Source of the DNA: Phoronis australis
Taxonomy: Eukaryota; Animalia; Phoronida
Direction of reading: 5' to 3'
Length of the DNA stretch: 42,158 nt
Assembly (NCBI GenBank): GCA_002633005.1
Contig: NMRA01000628.1
Coordinates: 65,198-107,355, forward strand
A model generated the notes under the pieces. It made no database searches. It saw only the letters and a program-made list of their open reading frames with translations, and was not told where the DNA came from. Positions 1 through 13,920 of this stretch are shown piece after piece; positions within the stretch are counted from its first letter, which is position 1; each line of letters opens with the position of its first letter. Position numbers and translations under genes: made by a program.

Positions 1-186
1 CCGACCAGCTGGTCGGCTGATGGCCGGTCGGCTGAAGGGTCGGCTGGGGAGTCGCCTTATGAGTCGGCACTGCGGGCGGCTGCCGGTCGGCTAATTTTTA
101 GCCGACCGGTCGGCAAATTAGACGACCGGTCGACGGCTAGTCGTCGACCAATTTCCGACCGGGCGGCCAAAAATTCGTGATGTGTG
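1..186. mobile_element. Right end of a GC-rich non-autonomous DNA transposon (CAC-terminal, CACTA/EnSpm-like) with CCGAC/GTCGG subterminal repeats
   Basis: Dense CCGAC/GTCGG motifs in both orientations; CpG-rich block ends abruptly at ...ttcgtgatgtgtg (CACAC terminus on -). Other end lies outside the window. Confidence 0.5.
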
Positions 187-3100
187 CTGTATGTAGCACT
201 TGTGCTAATGTCTCTTTTGTTGTACTGTATCTACCCACACCCTGATTTATAATATACGCTTTACCTATACCTACACTTACCAAGTCCGGAGTTTGTTGAA
301 AACTAAAACTAAATTGTGATTTGGGCCACTTATTGCCTGCCCTTTGATCTTGTAAGGAACAGTGATAACTGTACATGACTTAATTGGCCACAGTATTTTA
401 CAGTCCACACACAGGTTGTACTGGAATTTTGAGAAGAGTGGACTATGTTTTGTAAGTTAATTTAAGTTTGGGTTTAAGATATATATCTAGTTAACATTAA
501 CACAAGTGATAGTTTCCGACAATGGGACTATATACAAATATTTACATGTATACGATATAGGACAGAGTCAGGATGAAGTGGCTCATCTACCAACAGAGGG
601 AGTACACATATGAGTTTGGGTTTCAAGGCAATATCTGAGAGTTGCCGCAACTGTTACATTGACAGAGTTGTGAAGAATTCATTAGCAGCTGATTGAAAAA
701 ACATTTAGTGTACTCATGCTTCCAGTATTATTTGGGAGACTTCTTTGTCTTATGTTTTGATAACAAAGAGAAAAATAAGCATTAGTTTTTTACTATAGCT
801 TGAAATACTTGATAGCTTTCACAATTACACTGTTTCAAGATTTTTTAAATGTTATTAGTTTGTCATAGAAACAATTAATTCTATTACAAACACTAAACTT
901 ATTTATTCCGGGTAAAAGTGATCACAGTATTTTTCAAGTACATCACGAGCAACAGAACCATTAGCATCGACTTGGAAGTATATAGTGGTAGTATTAAAGG
1001 TACATTACATCCTGTATAAGTGGCCGGAAATTCAATATTGTCTTTTATTTCCGTCTGTAAAACTTTTTCTTGCTAATATGGTCCAGGAACACTTTCCAAT
1101 ACCAGCAAGTAAAATGTATTTGTTAGTACGTGTCGTGTAGAGGTACTTGTACGGTGTTTTGGTGATAATTGGTCAATGCAGAAAATGCTGGCTAATAACA
1201 TATAAGTGTTTGTTTATTTTACAGATGACAGTCAGGTAAATGTGTCTGTGACCGAATGCATACCTTCTAGTGCTTTACTATACCACACTGCATATTGTGC
1301 CTATCCTTAAACTTCTTGCTTTCAATTAACTCCTTCATCTGGTGTGGGTTCTCCTTCTGGTAATAACCTGCATTATACATGTGAGTGCGATCACGAAACA
1401 CAACATCAAATCAGATTAAAATTCTGCAAAAAATGCATTTCATTGTGGATCTACATTCCTCTTTATGTGCACAATCTCTAGTGGAATAAAATCACTTCCA
1501 AGACATTTCTTGAAGACTTTGATGTATGTGCCCTAGATGAAATGGATGAGTAGATGTGGCATCTACAACTCCGTGTACACAATGACTTTTCTGCACAAAA
1601 TCTTATAACTTGACTGCTCTGGGTCTGCTTACACAAATGCCACTACTTATCCAAATCCCCATTTAATATGAAGTGTCCTTCTTCCTAGTGAATTCAATAT
1701 AGGATATAGTTATTTTGTATCCATAAGTATGTACGATAACATATGATGTACTAGTGGCCCACTGCCACATGCATCTGATCAATTCCTTGCTTAGCTAGCT
1801 TTAATGACTTATTTTGCACAATCTCCACTGTAGTTCATCACATTCTTGATAGGCATTTTTTTTTCTTTTTGCTAGTGTTTCCTGAGGTATTCCCACTCAC
1901 ACATTGTGTTTGTTTTGAATTGATAGTGTCATTTTGCTTAGATTGTGTGTCCTAGTTTGTATAGTCTGTTCCTTCACCTACATGTTAAAAGGCATGCAGC
2001 TGCAGCATATACGTACAACACAGACCACCTGGAGCCACTGGTTAGGAAGGTGACATTGACGAACGACAATTTACACTACGTGGATTACACAGCATGCTTC
2101 AATAGATACTGCCTTCGCCAACATTTGTTAGGTAATTCTTCATATACCTTGAATTATATGAAAGTCCTGCGTGACTGAATAGTACGTATTGCAAATGGTT
2201 TCGATGGAATTTTTTGCCTGACTAAGTTGTGGGTTGCATTCCACAGTTCGTCATAATTTCCCTGGTGTTAATGTTGTGAGTACTATGTATTTTTTCACCC
2301 AGTTGCTGTTCTAATGATTTGGAATAGTATTTTTTGTTTGCAGCTTCTCTTTGATGTTGAATGTATTTTACAAAGGGCCTGCTTGGTACTAACACGTGAA
2401 AATGATCTACTCCCTTCACGTTGGAGATGCACCAATTATGTCCGCATATCAACTGTGCTGTTAACCCATGTCAATACCAAACTGTTTGATTCGTGAACTG
2501 TGTTCTTGAAGGCGAGTGTGACTGAAACTTTTAGAAAAGGATAGCAAATGTTACATGTGGACAGATGGTGAATTTCCATCCATTGTCTTTTGAGAATAAT
2601 TCACTCACGCTTTCTACTTTCAGTCCTTCTGTGTTACAAACTAGCATTTCCGAACATGGATATACTGCAGATGCTCCAGTTAATAGAACCAAGAAGGACT
2701 TGGAGGGAATGTTGCTCCAAATTAACAGAGAAAAGACCAAATTTTACATCCCTTAAGAGTATCATGTGCTGCTTGCTGGTCACAATATTTGTAAATGTCA
2801 TTTGTGCACCTTTGCACTTGTCTGTCATTTATTGTTATAGGGAAACCATACTTTATAAAAACCAGGAAACGGACTAAAACAAATTACATGAATTGTATAG
2901 GAGTACTGTGCCTCATATTCCAGATTACTTGTCTTCCCATCTCAAACACCCATCCACAAAATGAGGCAAAATCGTAAACAAATTATTTAATGATTCAGTG
3001 CCAAGCGTGCTTTCCGAATTACACCGTTCTGTTTTACTAATGAGGGTAGCCTGCGCAAACGCATTCAGTCCAATCATAGGAAGCGAAGATTTATGTATTG

Positions 3101-3473
3101 TTATGAAGAAGGAGTGAATTGTATTTTCAAAAATCTCCAAGAATTCTGCAACCATCTCAAAAAGCATTCTATCATATCTTCTACATGTGTATGTCTCCTA
3201 TGCCTCACTTTCCAATTAAAAAAATACAAGACTGGTAGAATCCCAAGAAACTTGGTTTGGCAAAAATTGCCAAACATAAGCTTTCCTCTAAACCGTCAAA
3301 GTAAGGCCAAAAACAAGGACCCGAATGATGGAATTCAACCATCTATTCATTGTGACAGATAATACGAATGGTTTCAATTTAAATGTGAAAATGTTATTGA
3401 GGTCAATCCAGCTCCCTCTGAGGTGGAATGGTTTTGTCTAGCGTGCGACTCCAGCATAATATCAAATGAATGA
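187..3473 (+). pseudogene. Decayed Cys-rich coding region ending in a PHD-finger remnant, probably transposon-borne
   Basis: Long reading frames broken by scattered stops; C-terminus reads DGIQPSIHCDR*YEWFQFKCENVIEVNPAPSEVEWFCLACD (about 3327-3449), matching the second half of a PHD finger (CD.C..WFH..C...P...WFC..C). 5' boundary uncertain. Confidence 0.45.
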
Positions 3474-5226
3474 TATTAGTTACTTCAAAAACAAGACACT
3501 TATTCATTTTTATTACGTGAAACTAACTGTTGCTCAACTGTTTTCAAATATTGACTACTACTTGATGCAGAATATGTTAATGATTCTTAATGTTTGAGTC
3601 ATATTTAATTTTCATTATGCAAAATATGCCTTGTCCAGTATTATGCGGCTCAAATACATTTTCGTTTCTGATCATAGCCTTTAATTTACTATTGTAGGTA
3701 TCCGTTTTGTACTTGTATAAAGTTCAATCATAACAGCTAACAGTTTTGATTAAAAGATGCATAAAATTCTGGCTTAAATCTACCAGGCTTTAAACTCCAA
3801 CATGGCAGCACATCTAGAGTTGCCGATTCAAATGACTCAGGAACTATATAATGAACATGGTGATGTTATAAAGTCCAAAGGACTTGGGCTAAGAATTCAG
3901 GGTTTACTACTAAACATTAACAAAATGTTGTTTAACAATTACTGTTTATCAGGTAATTCACCAATCATTGTAAAGCTTGATTTTCAATTGATTACAGTTC
4001 TTATTTTATTTTCAGATGGATAAGTTGTATTGTGTGTCACCTACTGGTTTTGTTTATTATTTTCGCATCAGTTTAGACGCCAGTTTATTTCCAAAGTGCT
4101 CAAATGTGGGAAAGTGTTGACAACAACACAACTGGTGTTGTTTTTAACATATTCTGCATCAAGTAGTAGTCAATATTTGATAATAATCATCATCCATTCT
4201 CAGTACTCAGTGTTGCTGTTACTTTGATGTAAATTAGTTGTAATTATATTTTAGGATCCAAATACATCTTTTCTGAGGGGATGGGTTGTTCATTTGGAAG
4301 GTGGTAGGTTGTTTTGATCGATCGCTGCTGAATGCATTCCTCGAAGCCCTCTTTAGTAACATCCACAGAACAAGGAAAAGAATGTTGTTCAATAAAAACA
4401 AGTTTAACTTATTTGAGATGTCAGAGGGGTATTCAGTTATAAGCTACACCTATTCAATAACAAGTTACCTATGCCGTATCCAACTTTAGTCCACTATTCA
4501 GCGTGTATGAGATTTTTATTTCAAATTATTCAATGATCATTTTTATTCTTCCTGCTTTGAATAAGTCTCATCAATGCTAACTAATACCGTATGTCTAGAA
4601 ATACAGATCCTTAAAGACGGTACTGATGTGTCATGAAACAATGTAAAATAAAATGAATCACATGCAAACTACAAATTCTATGTTGTTTTCTCTGAAGGAA
4701 AATACAATATTTCTTGTTACACTAAATTTTATGGTGTTCAGAATGTTGAAATTAGCCTACATTCTAATTTTGACTTTAGACTTCATTGCACACTATTTGA
4801 CTGTAAGAAATGAAATGCCACCTCGTTTTACGCTTATAAAATGTTCTTATAGTTCTTACCATGATATGATTAAATTTCCATTACCAACCAGAACTACCTA
4901 TTGACTAAATAAACACCTTTAGAATTCTTTGGAATTAGTACAGCCAGTTCCTTACAATTGCAAATTGGTTTGTGTTCGCACTGCATGTGATTGGGGCATT
5001 GAAAAAATCAAAATCTGATTAGATGAACATGCTGTCTTCAAAAGCAAGTATTGACAACCATGCAACGTCAAATAAACAAAACATTGGCTTTGTGACCGAC
5101 TGTGTAACACTGATGAATAGATAAAGTGTGCATTTTACAAGTCAATTACTTACATTAGGCAAAATGCGAGGTATTTCATAAGCATAAAGGCTATATACTA
5201 TATTTTTGTTTACACCTTTACAAATT

Positions 5227-5396
5227 GTACTTCGGGAGCAAGTTTTCTGTTATACGGAATTTTTTAAATGCACGACACTTTTCATTGTTCACGGTCTTTA
5301 TTCCGTTGCGTTCATACTTTGTTCAGAAAGTATGAACGCAATGGAATAAAGACCGTGAACAATGAAAAGTGTCGTGCATTTAACAAATTCTGTATA
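5227..5396. mobile_element. Fold-back (palindromic) Penelope-like element fragment with 13-bp TSD
   Basis: About 72-bp inverted arms around a 6-nt centre (5321-5326); same sequence as 27565-27640 and 30937-31035; flanked by direct repeat acctttacaaatt (5214-5226, 5397-5409). Confidence 0.8.
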
Positions 5397-7216
5397 ACCT
5401 TTACAAATTATCAAAGAATACAACTGCAGTGGAATTTGAAAACAAAAACAAAACCAACCTCAGCAAGTATTTACTTCCTGTATAAAATACTCCTCCACTT
5501 GTGAAGACTCGGGACATTCTATTAACGCGCATGTCATCAAAAATAATTTGTGGGACCTGAATGAAAATATGCTTCTTTGGAAAATTGTGAAAAAACTGCA
5601 AGATCGTTGTCCAAATGGGCTATAACTTCTGGTTACTATGTGTCATTCACTACATATTGTTATTGACTAAGAACGAGTTTCACAGTACCCAAAATGTATT
5701 GGATACCTATATTTGCCAGAAACCCCCAACTCCGTCTGTACAGAAGCTATTGGCTGCTGCGTGCACTCGTCATCATGCTGGCAATGGTGTTTGAATTTTT
5801 TCGTTTCCTTTAATTGTTTTTAAGATAAAAATTTAAACAAAGTGACAAGGTTGATGAAAACAATTAGATAGGTGATATAATACGATAGAAATTCTTCAGA
5901 TTGAGACAGCCTCCTAAAATCAGAACACAGAAATACTTGGAGAAATTAATTTTCTTTATCCTGAAATTTATGACATGAATGATTCCCAAATTCTGAAAGC
6001 TGTGTTTAAGCATAACAGATTGCAAGAATGTTCCTGTAATTTCATTAAAAGTGACTCTCATGACAAAAACATTTTAAAAATTGTTACCGGTTCTCTTGAC
6101 AATTGTGTGAATTTCTAAAACTTTAGACATGCTCCGACCTTGATCAAAATAATTATTCACCGTTCCAAATTGGTGAATTTTTGCGTAATTAATTTTTCAG
6201 TGTGCAGTTAACTGTGGAACTGATAGATGATTGTTCTTGTTTATAACGTGATCTGATTTAACAAAAGGGGTTGTAAAAGTGATGACAATTTATTGGTTAG
6301 TTTTTGATCTTTAGTGACTAATTGAAGAACTAGTAAGTGACAACAGATATCAATAGTCCAATTCAGTTAAGGACTATGAAGCAGATGATAATAGGGGCAG
6401 TACCTGTGTGGTTAAAGAGTAATGCCTTTGATTTAAAAATCCTGAGGGACTTTCTGATGTGTAAGCTGCAGGTTTTTTTTCCTCAAAAGAAATGATGTAT
6501 GTTGTCAAAATCAGTTGCATAAGGAGTTAGCCACAGAATGATCTCATTAATTGATATGCTTAAGGGGATTTCGATCAAAGAGCATTTTTTAATTAGTTAG
6601 TCTGATACATACCAAGGGAACTTGTGTCATGTGATAAAATGTTATTGTTTGTACAAGTTTTGGAAAAAAATAAATGGTGTATCATGAAACCTTACAATTT
6701 TGTTTTTAGCGACTAGCACCAATGTATAACACAGGATAAATTACTTTTATATAAAGACTTAAAATGTTATAGATTTTGGATTTCCTACATATAGTTAAGG
6801 TTGAGAATGCATGCCTGCATGATGTTCTCTGTACAATTGTTACTTTGATAACACTATCATCGATGGTGTCACAAATCAGAAACAATTGACCCATGAAAAT
6901 CCGATATTAATGATGTGAATGTCCTACTGTACTCTCTGCCTCAATTTTCTATACTGAGGATGACCTAAACAGCTGCTGCGTTCCCTGTTAATTCCAGGAT
7001 GTCATGTCCTTTGGGGGGGGGGGGAGTATTTTTTATTTAGTGCATCTCCGTTGAAGAAATGTATGTTTTGATTATTTTTGGCAGCTTTTCCAGAATTTCC
7101 GTAAAACTTCCAGGTATAGATTTGGAAATTCCTGGTCAATAGTGTTTGGTGTTGTGAAAGCTGTTGTGATAGAAATAGATATTTTTGAAATCATTTTTTG
7201 CATTAGGCTCACCATT

Positions 7217-7519
7217 CTAATACAACGTATGTCCTTCACAGACTACCACAAATGTCACTTTGGAAGCCAATGCCTTGTTTAGCAAGAGTTTCACACTGTC
7301 ACTTGTTGACGCCGGAGCCTCAGAGCGAGCATACACTGCTCGATAATTTCCTTTAATTATATCACTCATTGGAACAGTACTAAAAACGTCACCGCTGGTC
7401 GCTTCATCATCAGTATCAACGTCGCTGTCGTAGTAAATTGTTGCTAATCTGGCATTGTGATCTGGTGAACAGCATTTAATTCCGGACTTCTCCCTCAACT
7501 CACCAATATTTTTGCTCAT
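7217..7519 (-). other. 100-aa ORF of unknown function, possibly a remnant of a transposon-borne gene
   Basis: Protein-like composition (acidic patch, hydrophobic C-terminal strand), but upstream frames are broken and no motif is recognised. Confidence 0.2.
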
Positions 7520-8139
7520 CTTTTGGAGCGAAATTAATCTTCAAATGTTCCAACACTTTTGAAGTTGCCAAATCTTCCATCATGGTCTCGAATATCTCCT
7601 AAGCTTTGGTGAAGTACAGGGTCAATATGCTATCAAATTTTAGTTCAGTGTGAGAACGTCAATAGTGCACTAGTCAGCTGATCTGTCAACTGTGCTTCTT
7701 CTGTTACTTTTCTTTCATTCTAATCGCACAGTGAACGTTTTGTCGTCACTTCGTGACAACTAAATCGTTTCAATAATGTTTACGTTTTAAAATTGCTTCT
7801 GTTATTACATGTACTGTACTACAGGTACCCCAATATCGTCCGCATACGTCGCGATTCTAGTCGGGTTTTCCATCGGTAGGGAATTATGTATGCATGAAAA
7901 GGGAGATAAATCTTTATTTTGATACATAAACGAGACGACAAATACGGAAATTCTAAGCTAAAAGGGTTATTTTTACATTTTAAGGTAATCCTAATTACTG
8001 CGAAACTCATTCAAATTAAAACAATCACGAACCGTTTTTCCGCGGTTTATTTGGCACGGATACAAACTGATAATATCTCGCGAGATTTAGCCCCATTTTT
8101 TGCGATATTCTGTAAAAGTGTAATGCCATACCTAAAAGA

Positions 8140-10510
8140 CCAGTCGCCAGCCGCTTAGAGAGACGCCTTTCGTGAAAATGTCATACAACCCGACGGACAA
8201 CTGGCGTGCCCCCCAAAAAAAATTGCGTGCAACCGACATGAGGGTGGAGCCGGGGACAGTCGACAAATCCAAGACTGCGAATGCATGTACGGATTAGAGA
8301 GAAATTTCAAGAGAACATTTGGTTACTCGATCAGTATTAGTGCATGTTTTATCCTTTGAGTGCCTTGGCCAGGGCATTACTGTTATGGTTTCCGTTTTTG
8401 AGGAGAGGGTCCATTGTTGGAATCGACTACCTCTATTTTCCTGTTTTTTGAGAAATCGCACAACCGGTTTTCATGTTGAGGAAGGTAACTTCTTGCAAGG
8501 TCACACGACGATGGAATGGACTGTCACTCTTTTCCAAACTTAATAATGTTTAGCCTTTGATCTTAAGGTGAACATTCCAGACGGGACCCTCTCTCGATGG
8601 GGCGGTTCGAGTGAATTGCCCCTTTGTCCTTCTATACATGTAAATCCGACATTGCCAAGTATTCAAAAGCCGGGAGAATTTGAGATTCCAAATTCATCAA
8701 AAACACAAAACATTGATTCGCTCACATGCAGCACAGCAGTATCAAGACATTCGATCCAGACAATCCGAAACGTGAAAATACAATAGCATGACCGACAGGT
8801 GGAATTTTGATGCAAATGAAGACCACTATATGGGAATTAGACAAAAGGAATATTTCCGATGGTTAGTTATAAAATAACATTACTTTTTCCATGGTATAAC
8901 AAGAATAGTATTTCTTTTGAAAATCATCACCAGGTGTTGGAATGTCGAAAAGACTGTCAGGGCTACGATTTGTGATGACCATGCTCGTGTCAAAAGGGAG
9001 CACTCAAAGTACTGGTAATCATAAACAAAGGTTCCAGCGTTTTTTTGAGTTTCAAGTTTAACCGTTATAGGTACCTCTGAAATGATCAAAAATGACAATT
9101 AGAAGCCAATCTTGTAGGAATTTATGAAGCTTTAGTGAATTTAGTTGCAGCCTGATGTTGTAAAGCTCTATAATCCCAGGAGCGGATCCAGGATTTTGAG
9201 TTGGGGGGGGGGGCAGGGCAGAGTATTAGCCAGGAATTCGCCCGTCAGACATTCGCACTCCCGAGCTGCCAAATGGAATCTGGGAGAATTTTATGGGGCC
9301 ATGGCTCCCTTGGCCCCCTCTAAATCCTCCACCGAATCCGATCTCCAATGAACATCGTGCACTGAGACGAGTTTAGCCTGTCTAAAAAACTCTCAAATAA
9401 ACTGACGAAATTCAGACAGTTCCCAAAAATATACGTGCAATTCAAATGACAGTAAATGTGTTGCTTTTTGACTCAGAATCAAAATTTGTCGTTTTAACTC
9501 ACAAACAGGAGATCAAAAAGAAATCGAGTCATTAAATCAAGGTAAATGCATTGTTCATGGAATCAATTGTTGGTTTCTGATTTGTGTATCTATTCTACCA
9601 AAGTCTACCGATTGAAAACATGATTTTTGACAATTAGAAGTTAATCTTGACGGTGCTTCATTGAACTTACATGTAGTTGCAGGCTTACATTGGGAAAATT
9701 CGATCTATCATCAGATCCCCAAATCGCAAACTACAGTAAATTATGATATTGATGACTGCCGCACAGCTCTAAAAAGTGCCTCAAAAAGTTCTCACAATTC
9801 TAATGACAGAAAATTGTTTATTGATATAGGAACTAGATTAGTTGCTTAAATTCGCAAGTAATAGATCGAAAAGGAAGTTTAAGTCTTTAAATAACTCAAC
9901 TTAAACTCATTGTTCATCAACTTTGAAAGGTTGTCGTTGCACTTCCTTGATGTTTTCTTTTCCAGTTGTATTGCGCAATGAATTTTTGTTCCTCAAAACT
10001 AAATCCTTTGTTTGCCATTCCTGTGCATACTACACAGACTGAGCATGTGGACCATGTCATGACTGATATGACGCAAATACGTCAAAAATACATGTAACTA
10101 TTCACTATAGGTCCCCGCAGAATCTCCATCGTGGACTCCTTTGTGTACATTTTCAGTTTGGGACGCACTGTATCATTTCCCCAGCCACCAAAAGCTGGAC
10201 AACTGGTCGTATTTCAAAAGGGTATTTGAAACAGCACCAAAGGCACTATACCATTGATCTCGGGACCTCACCTTTAAAAAAAAATCCTGCAAAGATTGTT
10301 CATGATAAAATAAACTTTCCCGAAACTGGACCGTAATAAAACGAATTTTGACGGATACGTACGAGGTAAGCAGTCTATCTGAAATGAATCATACCTGAGC
10401 TGACCGGCGACTAACTTTAGTTTAGGGGCAGAGGTGGTGGCGAAAGGAATCGGGGATAGTTTGGCGAAGTCGAATTTGTTTGTGCCCCCAATACTTTTTG
10501 CTTTCCTAGG
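8140..10510 (+). pseudogene. Copy A of a diverged duplicated segment with residual coding signal (unidentified decayed gene)
   Basis: Collinear anchors shared with 12430-13920: actgtcactcttttcca (8520/12633), gaatagtatttcttttgaa (8903/12934), ccccagccacc (10179/13691). Synonymous-looking differences in TRIVFLLKI and SPAT..WTTG. Confidence 0.45.
9177..9334. mobile_element. Small hAT-like MITE (CAGG.GCGGATCCAG terminus)
   Basis: Imperfect TIRs caggagcggatccagg / ctctaaatcctccaccg; 5-bp direct repeat aatcc (9172-9176, 9335-9339); absent from the paralogous site near 13255-13273; second copy at 18246. Confidence 0.7.
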
Positions 10511-12429
10511 GCCCGTAGGTAGAATGCAAATACGAAAAAAATATTAAGCGGCACATTTTCGTACCTGCAACTGGGGTTCGTGGTGAATGCTTGTTTTGAC
10601 TTGTGTGTTTTGATACTTAAAAGAGCTTCCCTTGTCTGGTAGTGCCTGAGCCGGTTCTTTGCCCCAAAACATGTCGCGCTTCAGTTAAGACTTCATTGTG
10701 GAGTCGGACAGCTTGCGGATACACCGGTGAACTTGAGCTCATTTCGACTCCGGTTTCAAAAGAGCGGCTTTGGAAATTTTTTCTCTATTTCCCGATAAAT
10801 GCACTGTTTATCGGTCATCGTTGTCGGTGCCAGAAGTTCGTCTTCTGCAAAGTGCAGGATAGGCGAAACAATGGTGGGTCGGCAGCTGGCCGCGTAACCG
10901 ATAAATCAACCTGGGCAAGCATACAACCCGAAGGCCAAATTAGTGCTAGCTGTGCGACAATGCAGTGGTAGGCCAGCAAAGTTTTCGAAATGGGAGGTTT
11001 CGCTGTTGACAGAGTGGTTGCCTAGCTTGTAGACGGCAACCATCTTATGATGTAAAAAACCCTGCATGGTCTTCAAAACAGCTGGCATTGCATGAGACAG
11101 GCAACAACAAACAGTATTTGTAGAGCATTACACTACCCGCTTCAAATCGGCCCGCACCGCAATTACGCGGCACGTGGCAGGTGAGTGTTTTGAAACGTCT
11201 ATTATGGCATATTATCTTGAGTATTTCGAAGTGCAGAAGTGAAGTGTACTTTCAACCAATCGTATTGTATGTATTTAAAACAAATCATCTCGAATTGCTT
11301 TAGTTGTAGAAGCTTTCAAATATTTTGTGGATAGTATCATCTGGAAATTATATTTTGACGTTTTCTATCTTGTTTATATGTATACTTTTCAAAAGGAAAA
11401 ATCCCGCATTTAAAGTTGCACATTTTCGTGTTATTTTAAATGGATTTGTTAAAAAATAACACATTCTGGAAAATTTAGAGTGCTTGTGCAGCGCGTATTG
11501 GTTAATCTAGAATATTTCCTTAGGCATTCCCATGGGCACATTTAAACCCAGTGGGTCACATTAAACGAGCAAAATAGAACAGATTTGCTATAAAAATAAG
11601 CTATACTTTAAAATGAGTAGAGCTTAAATATCACAAAATTTCCCTATCAGAATGTACAATTGACAACAACGTGCAGAATTTCGCTTCGACGTCTATGCAA
11701 ACTTTATTGAACATAGGTACATGCACGTGTTAATTTTTAAATGTCCTGGCTTTCAATGGAATAATGGTACAGCAAATTAAGAACTGCGTTGCTTTGGAAC
11801 GGGAATTCCTCCAATCAAAAATGGACCAGTAATATCCGCTTCATCGCTCAAATACGGCGTGAAGGTCCACAGTAGAAAAAAATAATCTTGAATGCATATG
11901 TCTAGTGCATGGTTTTTGGCTAGTTAAAAATATTTCAAGTGCTTTTAAAAATTCCCTTAGAAAATACGAGTGTCGGATTTGGAGAGAAATCCATTGCATC
12001 TGGTACACGTACTCCGCCAAAATATCGCCGTGATTAGTACGAATCTCCATTGATTACCAGCCTGTCCCGCACCGCACACAGGGACCCTGTACTTTTACTA
12101 GACCCCGGTGTGTTTTTGAATAAGCCTTTGATGTTAGTTTGAGTAAGTGGCCCCCGATGGGACCGCGCTGTACAGACTTCGAGAACCCCAAGCTATCGTG
12201 GCACAGCGACTCCGTAGAATATTCTACATGTATGCAAGTGGAAGTGTCGAACTCTGTGTCGCTTTATCTAATTAAATAACTATGTTGTCTCTAATAGACG
12301 TAACGTTTTTGGCGCTAATTGGCTTCCTGATGGGGTCGTACGATAGTAATTATCAAACTTAATTAATGTCAGGAATAAATGAAGAGATGACGCTCTTGTG
12401 TTGATCAATAATACATATTTTCATACTGT

Positions 12430-13920
12430 ATTTAGGCAGCCAGCCCTTAGAGACGACACGTTAAATGCATGGCATCCATACACCCTTTCGTGTTTTTATT
12501 GATAACTATGTCGCAAGGGGCAGCTTACGAAGAGAGGAACCAATGATGGAATCGGTTGTCTATCTTCCTGTATATGTGAAATCATAGAAACTTTTATTTT
12601 AAGAAACGCCTCTCCTTGGAGGATCAAACTTAACTGTCACTCTTTTCCATTTTTAATTATATTTTGGCCTTTCATGTCAAGGAGTTCCCTTTCAGACAAT
12701 GTCTTCTCTTGGCGGGCGGTTCGGAGCAATTGCCCTCTATAAATCCGGCAAGAAGATTAAGATTCCAAATTCTTCGAAAAAAAAAACAAAATAAAATTCG
12801 TGCATAGCACATCTCTGTCAAGACAAACGAAAAATGCTCGAAAGGATGGAATTTTGAAGATCACTGTTTGTGAAGGATCATTCCCGGTGGTGCAATTACT
12901 AAAATGTCGATACGTTTTACCGCAGTACCACCAGAATAGTATTTCTTTTGAAGATCGTTACTAGTAGTTGTTTGTAAAAAACTCGCTTATGTCGACCAGA
13001 CTGTCGGGTTTACGATAATTTCTCGGGCTTACCCAAACGGCTTTGAGATGCATCGTCTTCTGTTGCCTCTCACTGATACACGTATGTGAGCTTGTGATAT
13101 TCTGTTTTGATTGACAACGAATTCGTTTGTTTTATTTACACGCGCCGAAACTGACTGGTTCGTTCTGTTGGTGATTTTGTTGACAATTAAGAGCAAGTCT
13201 TGTAAGAGTTGATGGCACTTAACTGAACTTAATTATAGGCTGAAATTTGTAAAATCTCTATCAACCGATCTCCAAATAGCAAAGTATGCTAGGCTGAGTA
13301 TTCACAATTCAAATGAAAATAATCGCGTTGATTTTTTAACTAAAGAACAATATTTCCTTTTTAAATTCACAACCAGGAGATTAAAAAGGAATTAAGTCTA
13401 GAAATCAACACTTTGCTCATTATTTTGTCTTTGCACTTTCTTGACATTTTCAGTTTCCAGTAGTATTCCACAATAAATTTTCGTTTTTCAAAAATTGAGT
13501 CCTTTGTTTGCAATTCCCGTGCATAAAAACAGAGCAAGTGGTGGCTTACGTATCCATTTACATGTACAACACAACGTATACGTACAGTAGGCATGGGGGC
13601 AGAATTTGATTCTTGGGAGATGAATTTGAACACTCGGTGATGTACTGAATTGCACGAGTACATGTTTGCAACGTCCTGTGTATCGTTTATCCCCAGCCAC
13701 CGGAGACTGGACTACCGGTGTTTTAACAAAGGATTTGAAAGAGTCTTAGTAACGGCATTGTACTAGGAATTCCGGAACCCAACCCTTTCATAGTACATGT
13801 ATACTTTTAAAACATGAAAATTAACTTTCCACAAACTGGAGCAAAAAATTAATCTGCAGACAGAAAGGTATGAGGTGATTAGCCAGTCTCAAATGAGTTG
13901 ATCTGTTGCTTCCTAGTACA
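12430..13920 (+). pseudogene. Copy B of the diverged duplicated segment (continues near 18430 after insertions)
   Basis: Collinear similarity to 8140-10400; the next anchor agtttggcgaagtc occurs at 10458 and 18449. Confidence 0.45.

Noticed and set aside
573-750. Three in-frame TGA codons suggesting a selenoprotein or recoding
   Set aside because: Surrounding frames also have TAA/TAG stops and frameshifts; CpG decay of CGA is simpler; no SECIS identified.
10516-12420. CpG-richer segment with ORFs 10642-10971 and 10906-11088
   Set aside because: No recognisable protein motif or paired termini; probably repeat-derived but not supportable.
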